Origin: an uncultured bacterium
GTDB taxonomy: Bacteria; Patescibacteriota; JACMRA01
DNA: 64,000 bases
Direction: 5' to 3'
Assembly (NCBI GenBank): GCA_963784355.1
Contig: CAWAQU010000009.1
Span: 1-64,000, forward strand
Within the stretch, counting starts at the first letter, position 1; each line of letters starts with the position of its first letter. The notes beneath the pieces are model-generated. The model searched no databases, was not told where the DNA came from, and saw nothing but the letters and a program-made list of their open reading frames with translations. Positions 20,463 through 30,302 of the stretch are shown piece by piece. Both the position numbers and the translations under genes were made by a program.

Positions 20463-22283
20463 ATGTCTGCACTTTTTGGTAAACTGTCACTCAGTCAAAT
20501 GGAACTTGCCCATATGTTTATACAGGGAAGTAAATCTCTAGAGGAAAAAAGGGAGTTTTTAAATAATATTAATGTTTTTCCTGTTGCTGATGGAGACACA
20601 GGTGCCAACATGGCTTTTACAGTTAAGAGTGTAAGACAGGTACTCGAGAAAACTGAGTTTGAGAGTTTGGAGGAGCTAGGTAAAAGTATCTCTTCTACAG
20701 CATTAATCAATTCTAGAGGTAATTCCGGCACTGTATTATCACAGTATTTCAAAGGATTTTGTAGTGTGTTCAAAGACAACGAGTCCTTGGGTATAACAGG
20801 ACTAGCTAAGTGTTTTATTGAGGGTAATAACTCAGCAAAAGAAGCTTTTTTAAATCCACAAAAAGGTACTATTTTAGATATTATGGATACTGCTGCTGTG
20901 GTAGCTTTAGAAGGTAAGCACGCATCAATTGCTGAGCTTTTGCAGGAAATACTAACTCAAACAAAATTGTCCCTGGAAAATACAAAAAATATATTGCCTC
21001 AAATGCAATCTGCTAAAGTAGTTGATGCAGGAGCTGCCGGATTTGTGTTGATACTTGAAGGATTCCTAAGTAGTTTTACAGGAAGTAAAGTTGAGAAAAT
21101 ATTATCAGAGCAGGAATTATGTGCAGAAGCACATGAGGTACATATTTATCAGTTTGAAGAAAAAGAACTAAAATACAAGTACTGTACTGAGTGTGTGCTG
21201 GAGTCAGATTACATTAATGTTGAGAGTTTGGAGAAACAACTAGAGAACCTTGGGGATTCGCTTCAAATTGTACAAGCTGAGAATTTGTTGAAAATACATA
21301 TACACACCAACTATCCGGAAAAAGTAAGGGAAATTTGCGGCGCAGGGACCAATATAATCAATTTTAAGGCAGATGATATGGTGGCAATGCAACATGATTT
21401 TGCTCAAAAACAGAGTAATGGTAATCTAACAGATATACTTATTGTTACAGATTCGAGCGCAGATTTACCCACAGAAATTTTTGAAAAATATCCAATCAAA
21501 GTTTTACAGATTCCGGTATACGATACAAATACTCTTGAAAATATAGAATTGAATTACATCGATTTTTACAGAAAAATGGAGACTGATTCAAGCTTTAGCC
21601 CAAAGACCTCTAAAATTAACGAGCAGGCATTTATACAGGCATTTGCAGAAGGGCTTAAAAATTATAAAAGAGTTCTCTGTATTCCAATTTCAAAGGAATT
21701 AAGTGGTACTTATGAATCTGCCGTTCAAGCAAAAAAAGTCTTGAAAAGTGATAACATCACGGTTTTTGAATCAGGCACCTCAAGTAGTGGAATTACAGTG
21801 TTGATCAAAGAGTTTTTTAAGGAGTTGGAGTGTATGGGAGATTATGATCTGGCAATAAAAAAAATTTCTGGTATAAAACAAAAACTAGAGGTTTATTTTG
21901 TAGTAGATGATGTTAAATACCTAGAGAGAGGTGGTAGAATTTCTAAAAACAAAGCTAAGTTAGCCCAAATATTAAATATTCAGCCTGTGCTGGCGTTAAA
22001 AAACGGTAAGATTGTTGAGGATAAAAAACTGTTTTTTGCTAAGAATAATTTTAAAAAGGTTGATGCACTATTAGATAAAATCAGAGCCAGGTCCGGAGGG
22101 TTCGGATTGGGGGAATTTTACTTATTGTACGCTGGGAAGGAGGGCGAGGAATCAATTGAAATCTTGAGACAAAAAATACTTAGCAAAACTAAATTGAACT
22201 CAGCAAAAATCAAAATACTGGAGCTAAATTTTGTCATAGGGACTCATACAGGACCAGGTACTATTGGAGTGGTAATGTTGTAA
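20463..22283 (+). CDS. DAK2 (FakA-like) - DegV (FakB-like) fusion, fatty acid kinase
   Basis: INVFPVADGDTGANM, RGNSG, GTILD, VDAGA, YCTE, KIHIHT; then IVTDSSADL, PKTS, SKELSGTY, YLERGGRI, THTGPG. Confidence 0.93.
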   Translation: MSALFGKLSLSQMELAHMFIQGSKSLEEKREFLNNINVFPVADGDTGANMAFTVKSVRQVLEKTEFESLEELGKSISSTALINSRGNSGTVLSQYFKGFCSVFKDNESLGITGLAKCFIEGNNSAKEAFLNPQKGTILDIMDTAAVVALEGKHASIAELLQEILTQTKLSLENTKNILPQMQSAKVVDAGAAGFVLILEGFLSSFTGSKVEKILSEQELCAEAHEVHIYQFEEKELKYKYCTECVLESDYINVESLEKQLENLGDSLQIVQAENLLKIHIHTNYPEKVREICGAGTNIINFKADDMVAMQHDFAQKQSNGNLTDILIVTDSSADLPTEIFEKYPIKVLQIPVYDTNTLENIELNYIDFYRKMETDSSFSPKTSKINEQAFIQAFAEGLKNYKRVLCIPISKELSGTYESAVQAKKVLKSDNITVFESGTSSSGITVLIKEFFKELECMGDYDLAIKKISGIKQKLEVYFVVDDVKYLERGGRISKNKAKLAQILNIQPVLALKNGKIVEDKKLFFAKNNFKKVDALLDKIRARSGGFGLGEFYLLYAGKEGEESIEILRQKILSKTKLNSAKIKILELNFVIGTHTGPGTIGVVML

Positions 22284-22284
22284 T

Positions 22285-22869
22285 ATGAATTATTTTTGGC
22301 AAATTATTGTACCATTAATCAGCTTTTTTCTAGGCGGTATACCAACAGGCAAATGGGTAGCTTGGAGAGTAAAAAAAGTGAATTTGCAAGATTTTGGTAG
22401 CAAGAATATAGGTACTACAAATGCTTATCGGGCCCTTGGGCTTAAATGGGCAGTGGTTGTGTTTTTAATTGATTTTTTAAAGGGTTTTTTACCGACTATC
22501 CTAACATTATATTTCACAAAAAACCTTAATTTAAGTTTGATTGTTGGTCTTTGCTGTATTATAGGGCATATTTTTTCTCCTTATCTCAAATTTAAAGGTG
22601 GCAAAGGAGTAGCTACGAGTATAGGAGTTTGGCTGGTTTTGAGCCCTTATTTATTATTGGCTGCTATAATTATTAGTGGTGTTGTTTTAAAATTGACAAA
22701 AAAGATGTCTCTAGCGAGTCTAAGCGGGATTTCAATCTTGTTTCTTTTGGTAAATATCTTTGGGCCAAGCAACTTAAGAGTTGGTATATTTGTAACTTTT
22801 ATTATGATTATTTTTACTCATAGGAGCAACATCGCACGTTTGATGTCAAAAAACGAATTAAATATTTAA
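22285..22869 (+). CDS. plsY: Glycerol-3-phosphate acyltransferase PlsY
   Basis: GSKNIGTTNAYR, DFLKG, GHIFS..FKGGKGVAT, HRSNIARL. Confidence 0.93.
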   Translation: MNYFWQIIVPLISFFLGGIPTGKWVAWRVKKVNLQDFGSKNIGTTNAYRALGLKWAVVVFLIDFLKGFLPTILTLYFTKNLNLSLIVGLCCIIGHIFSPYLKFKGGKGVATSIGVWLVLSPYLLLAAIIISGVVLKLTKKMSLASLSGISILFLLVNIFGPSNLRVGIFVTFIMIIFTHRSNIARLMSKNELNI

Positions 22870-22870
22870 T

Positions 22871-23479
22871 ATGTCATATATATTGCTGGCTGTTGTATGC
22901 TACATAATCGGGTCTTTTCCCACAGCTTATTTGGTTGTGAAGGGTTTTACAGGTAAAAATATTTTAAATTTCGGTACAGGTAATGTCGGGACCATGAACA
23001 CACATCGTGCTACAAATAACAAAGTTTTGACTATTTTGGTCTTACTAGGAGATTTAGCCAAGGGATTTTTAGCCTATTCTATAAGTAATCAATTATTTTT
23101 AGCCGGGCAAATTGAGCTTATTTTGGGACTATCTATTGGCGGTTTTTGCATGATTTTGGGCCATAATTATTCTTTATTTTTAAAATTTAAGGGAGGTAAA
23201 GGTCTGGCTAGCGGGGCAGGATTTTTGGCAGGAATTAGTCCAACTTTTGTAATTGTATGGATAATTATATTTTTATTGGTTACTTTATTGACTAGATATA
23301 TGGTTTTAGGCCAGATGTTGGCTAGTATTGGCTTAATAATTTTTGCTTTTGCTTATGAAAATACTTTTTTTTGGCCCGTTTTTACTGTAGGAGTATTGGT
23401 AGTACTGAAACATTTTCCAAGAATGAAGAACGTACTTGAGGGTACCGAGCCCAAGATGTATTATAAAGCAAAAAATTAG
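22871..23479 (+). CDS. Second, divergent PlsY-family acyltransferase
   Basis: GTGNVGTMNTHR, DLAKG, GHNYS..FKGGKGLAS, KHFPRM. Confidence 0.88.
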   Translation: MSYILLAVVCYIIGSFPTAYLVVKGFTGKNILNFGTGNVGTMNTHRATNNKVLTILVLLGDLAKGFLAYSISNQLFLAGQIELILGLSIGGFCMILGHNYSLFLKFKGGKGLASGAGFLAGISPTFVIVWIIIFLLVTLLTRYMVLGQMLASIGLIIFAFAYENTFFWPVFTVGVLVVLKHFPRMKNVLEGTEPKMYYKAKN

Positions 23480-23518
23480 TCAGACCTAACACCATATCAT
23501 TCCAGTATAAATAAAATT

Positions 23519-23854
23519 ATGAAAGATGTTTTTACAAACAAATTGAGGTGCTCTAAAATGAAGATAAAGTCAGGCTAAGTTAGAGAGTGGGCTGATTATA
23601 TAAATATCCATAGATCAGAATCACTACAGACATTATCTAATGAAGGTGTAGAAATTGAATCTGCATTTTTATCACATGAAGAAACAGGAGATTACATTAT
23701 ATATTATGTTAGGGGAGACTTGGATAAAATGATGCAGGTATTTAATAAGTCTGATTCTAAAATAGACCAGTACCACAAAAAGTTTTTTAGAGAAAATATA
23801 GCAGATAGAGTAGTATTAGAAACTTTAATTGATCTTGAGCCTACACAAAAATAA
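23519..23854 (+). pseudogene. DUF6176-like gene with an in-frame TAA
   Basis: KMKIKSG*VREWADYIN..ESLQTLSNEGVEIESAFL..DYIIYYVR..IDQYHKKF..LETLIDL; stop at 23576-23578. Confidence 0.65.
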
Positions 23855-23855
23855 G

Positions 23856-23885
23856 TGCCATAACCTTTAATTATAGCACATTTTT
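23856..23885. terminator. Bidirectional terminator between the lipid operon and ftsZ
   Basis: GTGCCATAA..TTATAGCAC stem flanked by A and T runs. Confidence 0.55.
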
Positions 23886-23913
23886 GTTATTTTGGAAAGC
23901 CTTGTATCAGGTT

Positions 23914-25119
23914 TTATTCTTCGTCTTTGGGCAATTTATTCCTCAAAAATGCCGGTATATCAAGTTGTTCATCAGCATAATTATTATTGTTTTGCTGAGG
24001 TTTTGGTGAAGGCGTTTCTTGCTGAGGATTTTCACGACCAAATTTAGGAAGGTTATAAGGTAATTTAACTTCTTTATTTACCGGACTAGCATAATGATTC
24101 ATGTCGTCTTTTTCCTTAGTAAAACCAGTAGCTACAACAGTAATGCGAATTTCGTCTTGTAAATTCGGGTCAATTGAAGTACCAAAAATAATCTTGGCTT
24201 CAGGATCAGCATGTTGACGGATAATTTCAGCAGCCTCACTAACTTCAAGTAATGATAAGTTTTTGCCTCCTTGTACATTGAACAAGACTCCACGAGCTCC
24301 TTCGATACTGAGTTCCAATAATGGAGAGTCAATTGCCATGATGGCAGCGCTTCTTGCTCTATCCTCACCACTTCCACTAGCTCTACCCATACCCATTAAA
24401 GCGGTACCGGCATTACTCATGATAGCCCTAACATCGGCAAAGTCAACATTTACTTCACCAGGCATATTAATTAAATCAGAGATACCCTGGACGGCTTGTC
24501 TAAGAATATCGTCAGAAATTTTGAAAGCTTCGTATACACTTGTTCTTTTATCTATGATTTGTAAAAGTCTTTGGTTTGGTACTACAATTACCGCATCCGC
24601 ATTTGATTTCAATCTTTCAATCCCTTCCTCGGCAATTTGCTTTCTTTTTGCTCCTTCAAAATCGAATGGTTTGGTAACTACACCAACAGTTAAAATTCCT
24701 AATCTTTTAGCAACCTCAGCTACCACAGGACCTGCTCCGGTACCTGTTCCTCCACCCATACCGGCCGTGATAAACACCATGTCAGCTCCAGTTAAAGCGG
24801 CCTCTATTTCAGCCATACTTTCTTCAGCAGCTTGTCTACCAACTTCAGCACTCATTCCAGCTCCCAAACCTCTAGTGACATTTGCTCCAAGCTGGATTAC
24901 ACCATCTGCATGGATTTGTTTTAAAACTTGTAAATCGGTATTCATCGCCCAAAACTCTACCCCTTCCAGGCCAATTTCTATCATTCTTCTTACAGCATTT
25001 CCACCTCCTCCACCTACACCAATAACCTTGATTTTGGCAGCAGGAATCATCTTAGAAAAATTCTGAGTGCCATAGTCACTTCTTGTAGTATAATCAGACT
25101 TAAGATTTTTTGTGAGCAT
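23914..25119 (-). CDS. ftsZ: Cell division protein FtsZ
   Basis: [25 protein letters not shown]-terminal LDIPAFLR. Confidence 0.98.
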   Translation of the reverse strand: MLTKNLKSDYTTRSDYGTQNFSKMIPAAKIKVIGVGGGGGNAVRRMIEIGLEGVEFWAMNTDLQVLKQIHADGVIQLGANVTRGLGAGMSAEVGRQAAEESMAEIEAALTGADMVFITAGMGGGTGTGAGPVVAEVAKRLGILTVGVVTKPFDFEGAKRKQIAEEGIERLKSNADAVIVVPNQRLLQIIDKRTSVYEAFKISDDILRQAVQGISDLINMPGEVNVDFADVRAIMSNAGTALMGMGRASGSGEDRARSAAIMAIDSPLLELSIEGARGVLFNVQGGKNLSLLEVSEAAEIIRQHADPEAKIIFGTSIDPNLQDEIRITVVATGFTKEKDDMNHYASPVNKEVKLPYNLPKFGRENPQQETPSPKPQQNNNNYADEQLDIPAFLRNKLPKDEE

Positions 25120-25238
25120 AATAACAAATCGAGCAGTACTTGCTACAGGGAAATGCTTTTTTTATATATTTGTCAAGAAAGTTACTTGACGGAAAGAACT
25201 AATAATTTCAAATAGGTAATGAATAATACTAATAACTT

Positions 25239-26675
25239 ATGTCAAAATACCACAAAATGTTCAAAGCTTACGATCTTAGAGCTACTTATCCTGAACTCAA
25301 TGCAGATGTCTATTATTGGGCTGGCTATGGTTTGGTAACTGAAATTTTAAAACCTGATAATTTATCCTTGAATATAAATGTTGCTAGAGACTGTAGATAC
25401 ACTAGCCCCGATTTTTACAAAGCTTTTTATAATGGGCTTAAAGATGCTGGAGCTAACCCTGTTTGTTTAGGACTAGCCAGTACCGATTTTATATATGCAG
25501 CTTGCCAGATTTTTGATACACCGGGAGCAATGATTACTGCCAGTCATAATCCAAAAGATGATAACGGTTTGAAGATAGTAAAAAAGTTTCCTCAAATGCT
25601 TGGACTTCAAGCCGGCTTGGATAAAGTAAGAGATTTTGTTTTAAGTAAAATTGAAATAGAGAAAGTGGATTTTGAGAAATTTACTGAGCCTCAGGAAGAT
25701 ACTAAAGCAAAAATGCAGGTGTGGGATTATTACAAATCTAAGTTTAATGAAATTGGTAATCCCGAGGAAGTGGATCAAGTTTTAGCTCAACAACAAAAAA
25801 AGTTGAAGATCGTAGTGGATACCGGAAATGGCATGGGAGGTTTTATGATGGAAAAAATCCAGAATTGGTATAAAAATATTGAATTTATTCCCTTATATTG
25901 GGAGCTAGATGGAAATTATCCAAATCATCCTGCTGACCCTTCAAATATTGCCAACATACAGGACCTGATTAACAAAGTCAAAGAAGTTAAAGCCGATTTA
26001 GGAGTAGCTTTTGACGGAGACGCTGACAGAGCATATTTTGTAGATGAAAAAGGTGAGTACATGCGGGATAATTACTTGGTTGCAGCTATCGCCAAGTCCA
26101 TGTTGAAAGACTATTTTGCAAATCCTAATCCTGAATTTAACCCTGCTATTGTTTACTCTCAGCCTCAAAGCAGATGTGTTCCGTATACAGTTTTAGAATC
26201 CAGTGGAGTACCGGTACCATCCAAACAAGGCCACACTTTTGTTAAGGCTGATATGAAAAGATACAAAGCTATTTACGGAGGTGAAGGTACAGGTCATCAC
26301 TATTTTGGTACTTTTGGATTTATGGATTCAGGTAGTTTAGTTGTAAGTAAAGTAATTCATATTATGGTTACACAAAAAGTGTTGCCGTCTGAAATTGTCG
26401 CAACGTATGCTAGTAAATATTTTTTAAGTGGTGAGTTAAATTATAGATTGGGTGAAGACTTAAATTTCGATTTAATCAAAGAAAGGCTACTAAATCATTA
26501 CAAAGACGCTGTAGTAAATACTTTTGATGGAATTAGTTTATTTTACTTAGACTGGAAGGTAAATATGCGAGCTTCAAATACAGAACCTTTGATCAGATTA
26601 AATGTGGAATGTTTAGGTGAAAATAAATTAGAGGAAAAAATTAAGGAAATCACTAGAATTACAGGTCTGGCCTAA
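25239..26675 (+). CDS. Phosphomannomutase/phosphoglucomutase
   Basis: FKAYDLR, TASHNP, DGDADR, RASNTEPLIRLNVE. Confidence 0.95.
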   Translation: MSKYHKMFKAYDLRATYPELNADVYYWAGYGLVTEILKPDNLSLNINVARDCRYTSPDFYKAFYNGLKDAGANPVCLGLASTDFIYAACQIFDTPGAMITASHNPKDDNGLKIVKKFPQMLGLQAGLDKVRDFVLSKIEIEKVDFEKFTEPQEDTKAKMQVWDYYKSKFNEIGNPEEVDQVLAQQQKKLKIVVDTGNGMGGFMMEKIQNWYKNIEFIPLYWELDGNYPNHPADPSNIANIQDLINKVKEVKADLGVAFDGDADRAYFVDEKGEYMRDNYLVAAIAKSMLKDYFANPNPEFNPAIVYSQPQSRCVPYTVLESSGVPVPSKQGHTFVKADMKRYKAIYGGEGTGHHYFGTFGFMDSGSLVVSKVIHIMVTQKVLPSEIVATYASKYFLSGELNYRLGEDLNFDLIKERLLNHYKDAVVNTFDGISLFYLDWKVNMRASNTEPLIRLNVECLGENKLEEKIKEITRITGLA

Positions 26676-26771
26676 CTGTACCCCTTAAAACATTAGATTA
26701 GTAGAACAGTTTAAGTTGAGTGCAAATCTTACTTGACTAAACCTTTTATTAATTATATTTTTTAAGCAAAT

Positions 26772-29700
26772 ATGCCTAGCAGAGTAACGAAAATTTCTCC
26801 AGAAATAGAAAATGAAAATAATGATATTATTAAAAATTCTAGTAGTAGTGACACAGTAGATCATGAATTAAAAGATTTAGCTAAGCATGAAGAAGGTTTT
26901 TTAGCCCTTCCAAGTGATGATATCGATCAAAAATTAGCTGAATTGTTACCTGAAGATGGATATATGGTTAGCAAATCAGATCAAGTACTTAAAAAGAGTT
27001 CAAAAATTAATACAGGTTTTACTAAAACTAACCACAAAAATGGCCAAGACCAAAGTGGGACAGCAGATAATGCCAATTCAGCTAGTATTAAAAATTTGAG
27101 AAAACAGTTCGGTTTTTCCTGGCAAAATTTCAGCCGTAGATTTGCAATTGTTGCTTTAATTTCTGCTATTGTAGTTATTGTGGCTACAAGTACTGTAGCA
27201 GCTTTTGCAATCCAGAAATGGAATGACACTAAGCCGATCGATAGTTTATTGGATCAAAGACGCGAAAATAGTGTGGTCTATGCCAGAGATGGTAAAACCA
27301 AAATATTTGAACTTTATAAAGACGAGAAGCGAGAATACATAAACATCAAAGAAATTCCTGAACAAATGCAACTAGCTATAATTGCTTTGGAGGATGAAAA
27401 TTTTTACTACAATGATGATGGAATTCCGTGGAAGAATTTGGTTGGTGCTGTTTCTAAATGTGGACTTACTTTTGGTGCAGAGTGTCGAGGTGCTAGCGGA
27501 CTTTGTCAGCAGCTTGTAAAAAATGTAACCGGTAAGACCAATTCTGAAAGAAATTTAGATGTGAAAGTAGACGAACTATTTACAGCCTTAAAACTTTGCA
27601 GTTCAGAAAAAACGAAGGAGGATATTTTAGAGCTTTATTTAAATACCGTTAGTTTTGGAGGAGTTACTTATGGTGTACAAGCTGCAAGTAGAAATTATTT
27701 TGGGAAAAATGTTCAGGAGATTAATTCAATAGAAGCCTGTTTTTTAGCTGCTTTAGTACAAAAGCCTAGTAGTTTTTCTTCAAGTATCAACTCGCCTGAT
27801 AGTGATAATTGGAAGGAATTTACTTTTAGAAAAGATACATGCTTGGAAAAAATGCACAACGTAGCTTTAAAAGGTGATGGCAAACCCAAATTTATTACAA
27901 CAGAGGAAGAATTGAAAAAACTTCAAGAAACACCTATAGTAGTAGCAAAAAATGATCAAGAAGCTCAGGATGCCAAAAAGTCGGGTGCTGTAGTTTTTGT
28001 CCCAAATAAAGTCAAAGATGAATTTCCTCACTTTAGAGAATTTGTTTTGCAAGAACTGAGAAAATTTGTACCAAGAGAGCAAGATTTATATACAAAAGGG
28101 CTAAAAGTTGTAACTACTTTGGATCCCGATAAGCAAAAAAATCTTGAGAGAATGTTAAAAGAATCTGAAAAGGATAACATTATCAATAATGGTGGTAATA
28201 ATGGTGCTGCTGTACTGCTAGATGGACCTACCGGAGAAATTATTTCTATGGTCGGTTCGTTGGGCTATGACAGAGACGATATTGATGGAAAAGTAAATAT
28301 CATTACTTCATCTCAACAACCAGGTAGTAGTATCAAGCCTTATGTTTATTCAGCAGCTTTGGAGGCAGGCTTTAATCCCGCAACTATAGTAGTGGATACT
28401 CCTACTGAATTCCAACCTGGCTACAAGCCCAAAAACTTTGATAACACTACTCAAGGTCCAATCAGCTTAAGAAATTCAATACAAAACTCATTAAATATTC
28501 CTACATTAAAATTTGCTTGTTTAGCAGCTAACAGTGGTAAGTTAAATTGTGACGAAGGTATTAAAAAAGTTTTTGATTTTGCAGAACGAGCAGGGCTTAG
28601 ATTCTCTTGCTACCCCCCTACTGATAATTTTAGCAAAAAAGATAAGGCAGGAAACTATATAAAGCAATGTGATGACCCAGATTTATCTAAACAAGCTTAT
28701 CGTAGTAGATGCGGCCTTTCAACAGCAGTAGGAGGTTGCGATGTTATCCCTCTTAGCCATGCAACAGGTATCAACACGCTTTTACAAGAAGGTAATTTAA
28801 GAACTGCAACACCTTTTATCAGTATTAAAGACAATAATGACAAGGAAATTTATACTCCTCAGGCAAAACAAGCTGTTTATCCAAGTGAAGATAAAGCTAT
28901 TGATCCTTTAGTAGCCAAACAAATTACAAACGTTTTATCAGACTATGATGCTAGAAGACCTAAATTTCAAGGTGCTGCAAAATATCTTGAAGTGCCTGAG
29001 TGTGGAAATGGAGCTAAAATAGGTGGGGCAGCAGCAAAAACCGGAACTACAAACGATGTAAAAGATACTTGGACTGTAGGAGGTTGTGTAAATTATACAT
29101 TAGCTGTATGGGTAGGTAGAACCGATAACAAATCAATGAATTTAAGTGGTTCATCATCTACAGCAGCAGCCCCTATCTGGAATAAAATTATGAGATACTT
29201 GGAGAAGGATATTAAACCTAAAGCTTTTTCCACAGATGGGCTTATTAAAGTAAACGTTGATCCAGCATCAGGTTATATTGGTGGTGGTGCAACTGAGGTA
29301 TTTACACCTGCTCAAAAGAGTGTATTAGAGAAAGCCGGGGCCAAGATAGCTACACCTGAATATGTTGCACAAAATAAAAACATCTATGATTATAGATCTA
29401 CCGTAATTCCCCAAAAAGTTGAAATTAACAAACTAGACGGAAAATTAGCTACCGAGCAAACTCTACCGGAAAATAAAGAAATAAAAGTCTGTGTTCAACT
29501 TGTTCCTGAATTCCCGGAAGCTCAAAGTTGGGCGGGACCGGTCAATGCAATCGCTTCAAATTCTGACAGATATTGTACCTTACCAACTGAAAAATCACCT
29601 CAAGACCAAGTAGGCGAACAAACCAAGCCCCCTCTAATTGAAAGCAGCTTAGATCAGTCAGCTAAAGATGTAAAAAAGATCACATTTAGTGCGACTCCTC

Positions 29701-30233
29701 AAGGTACAGCTACAAAAACAATTTCTAAACTTGAAATACTGATTGATGGTGCTATTGCTAACTCAGCCGATAATACTGCAAATACTGAATATGACGTCAG
29801 CAAATTAAATGTAGGCCCTCACAACATTATTTTAAGAGCAACTGACAGTATGGGAGCGGTAGCAGAAAAAACCTACAATGGTGTTAGCTTTTCAGGCTCG
29901 GGTAATAATGACAACGGAGGTGGAGGTAACACACCAACAAGTCCTCAACCTTTAGCTGCATCTGATATTTCTGCCTTGACTGTTACTTGCCAAAATGTAA
30001 CTGCAGGAACAACTTCAACTACCTGTAATTTTAGCTTACCATCAAATAAAACTCTACCTAACAACTTCAAAATTAAAATCAACGGCACGATAAACGAAGC
30101 AAGTTGCAATAGCTCAGGAAACAACGTGACCTGCTCAAATGTACCTACCCCACTTTTAGCCGGTACCTATGGAATATTTGGCAAAATTGGAAATACTCTT
30201 GTAGATACAGGAGAGAGTATGAAAGTCACTTAG
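26772..30233 (+). CDS. Class A penicillin-binding protein with C-terminal Ig-like domains
   Basis: EDENFY, GAS..QQLVKN, LELYLN transglycosylase; SSIKP, SLN, KTGT transpeptidase. Confidence 0.93.
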   Translation: MPSRVTKISPEIENENNDIIKNSSSSDTVDHELKDLAKHEEGFLALPSDDIDQKLAELLPEDGYMVSKSDQVLKKSSKINTGFTKTNHKNGQDQSGTADNANSASIKNLRKQFGFSWQNFSRRFAIVALISAIVVIVATSTVAAFAIQKWNDTKPIDSLLDQRRENSVVYARDGKTKIFELYKDEKREYINIKEIPEQMQLAIIALEDENFYYNDDGIPWKNLVGAVSKCGLTFGAECRGASGLCQQLVKNVTGKTNSERNLDVKVDELFTALKLCSSEKTKEDILELYLNTVSFGGVTYGVQAASRNYFGKNVQEINSIEACFLAALVQKPSSFSSSINSPDSDNWKEFTFRKDTCLEKMHNVALKGDGKPKFITTEEELKKLQETPIVVAKNDQEAQDAKKSGAVVFVPNKVKDEFPHFREFVLQELRKFVPREQDLYTKGLKVVTTLDPDKQKNLERMLKESEKDNIINNGGNNGAAVLLDGPTGEIISMVGSLGYDRDDIDGKVNIITSSQQPGSSIKPYVYSAALEAGFNPATIVVDTPTEFQPGYKPKNFDNTTQGPISLRNSIQNSLNIPTLKFACLAANSGKLNCDEGIKKVFDFAERAGLRFSCYPPTDNFSKKDKAGNYIKQCDDPDLSKQAYRSRCGLSTAVGGCDVIPLSHATGINTLLQEGNLRTATPFISIKDNNDKEIYTPQAKQAVYPSEDKAIDPLVAKQITNVLSDYDARRPKFQGAAKYLEVPECGNGAKIGGAAAKTGTTNDVKDTWTVGGCVNYTLAVWVGRTDNKSMNLSGSSSTAAAPIWNKIMRYLEKDIKPKAFSTDGLIKVNVDPASGYIGGGATEVFTPAQKSVLEKAGAKIATPEYVAQNKNIYDYRSTVIPQKVEINKLDGKLATEQTLPENKEIKVCVQLVPEFPEAQSWAGPVNAIASNSDRYCTLPTEKSPQDQVGEQTKPPLIESSLDQSAKDVKKITFSATPQGTATKTISKLEILIDGAIANSADNTANTEYDVSKLNVGPHNIILRATDSMGAVAEKTYNGVSFSGSGNNDNGGGGNTPTSPQPLAASDISALTVTCQNVTAGTTSTTCNFSLPSNKTLPNNFKIKINGTINEASCNSSGNNVTCSNVPTPLLAGTYGIFGKIGNTLVDTGESMKVT

Positions 30234-30302
30234 CTTAGATCTCATTGGCAATGATGAGTTTTGTTGTATTCAAAAATTACTACATCTAGATTTGAAGCTT
30301 GC

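Noticed and set aside
24263-25066. 267-aa antisense ORF
   Set aside because: In-register mirror of ftsZ codons. The same applies to the many short antisense or alternate-frame ORFs in atpD, uvrB, secA, ftsH, topA and ribosomal protein genes.
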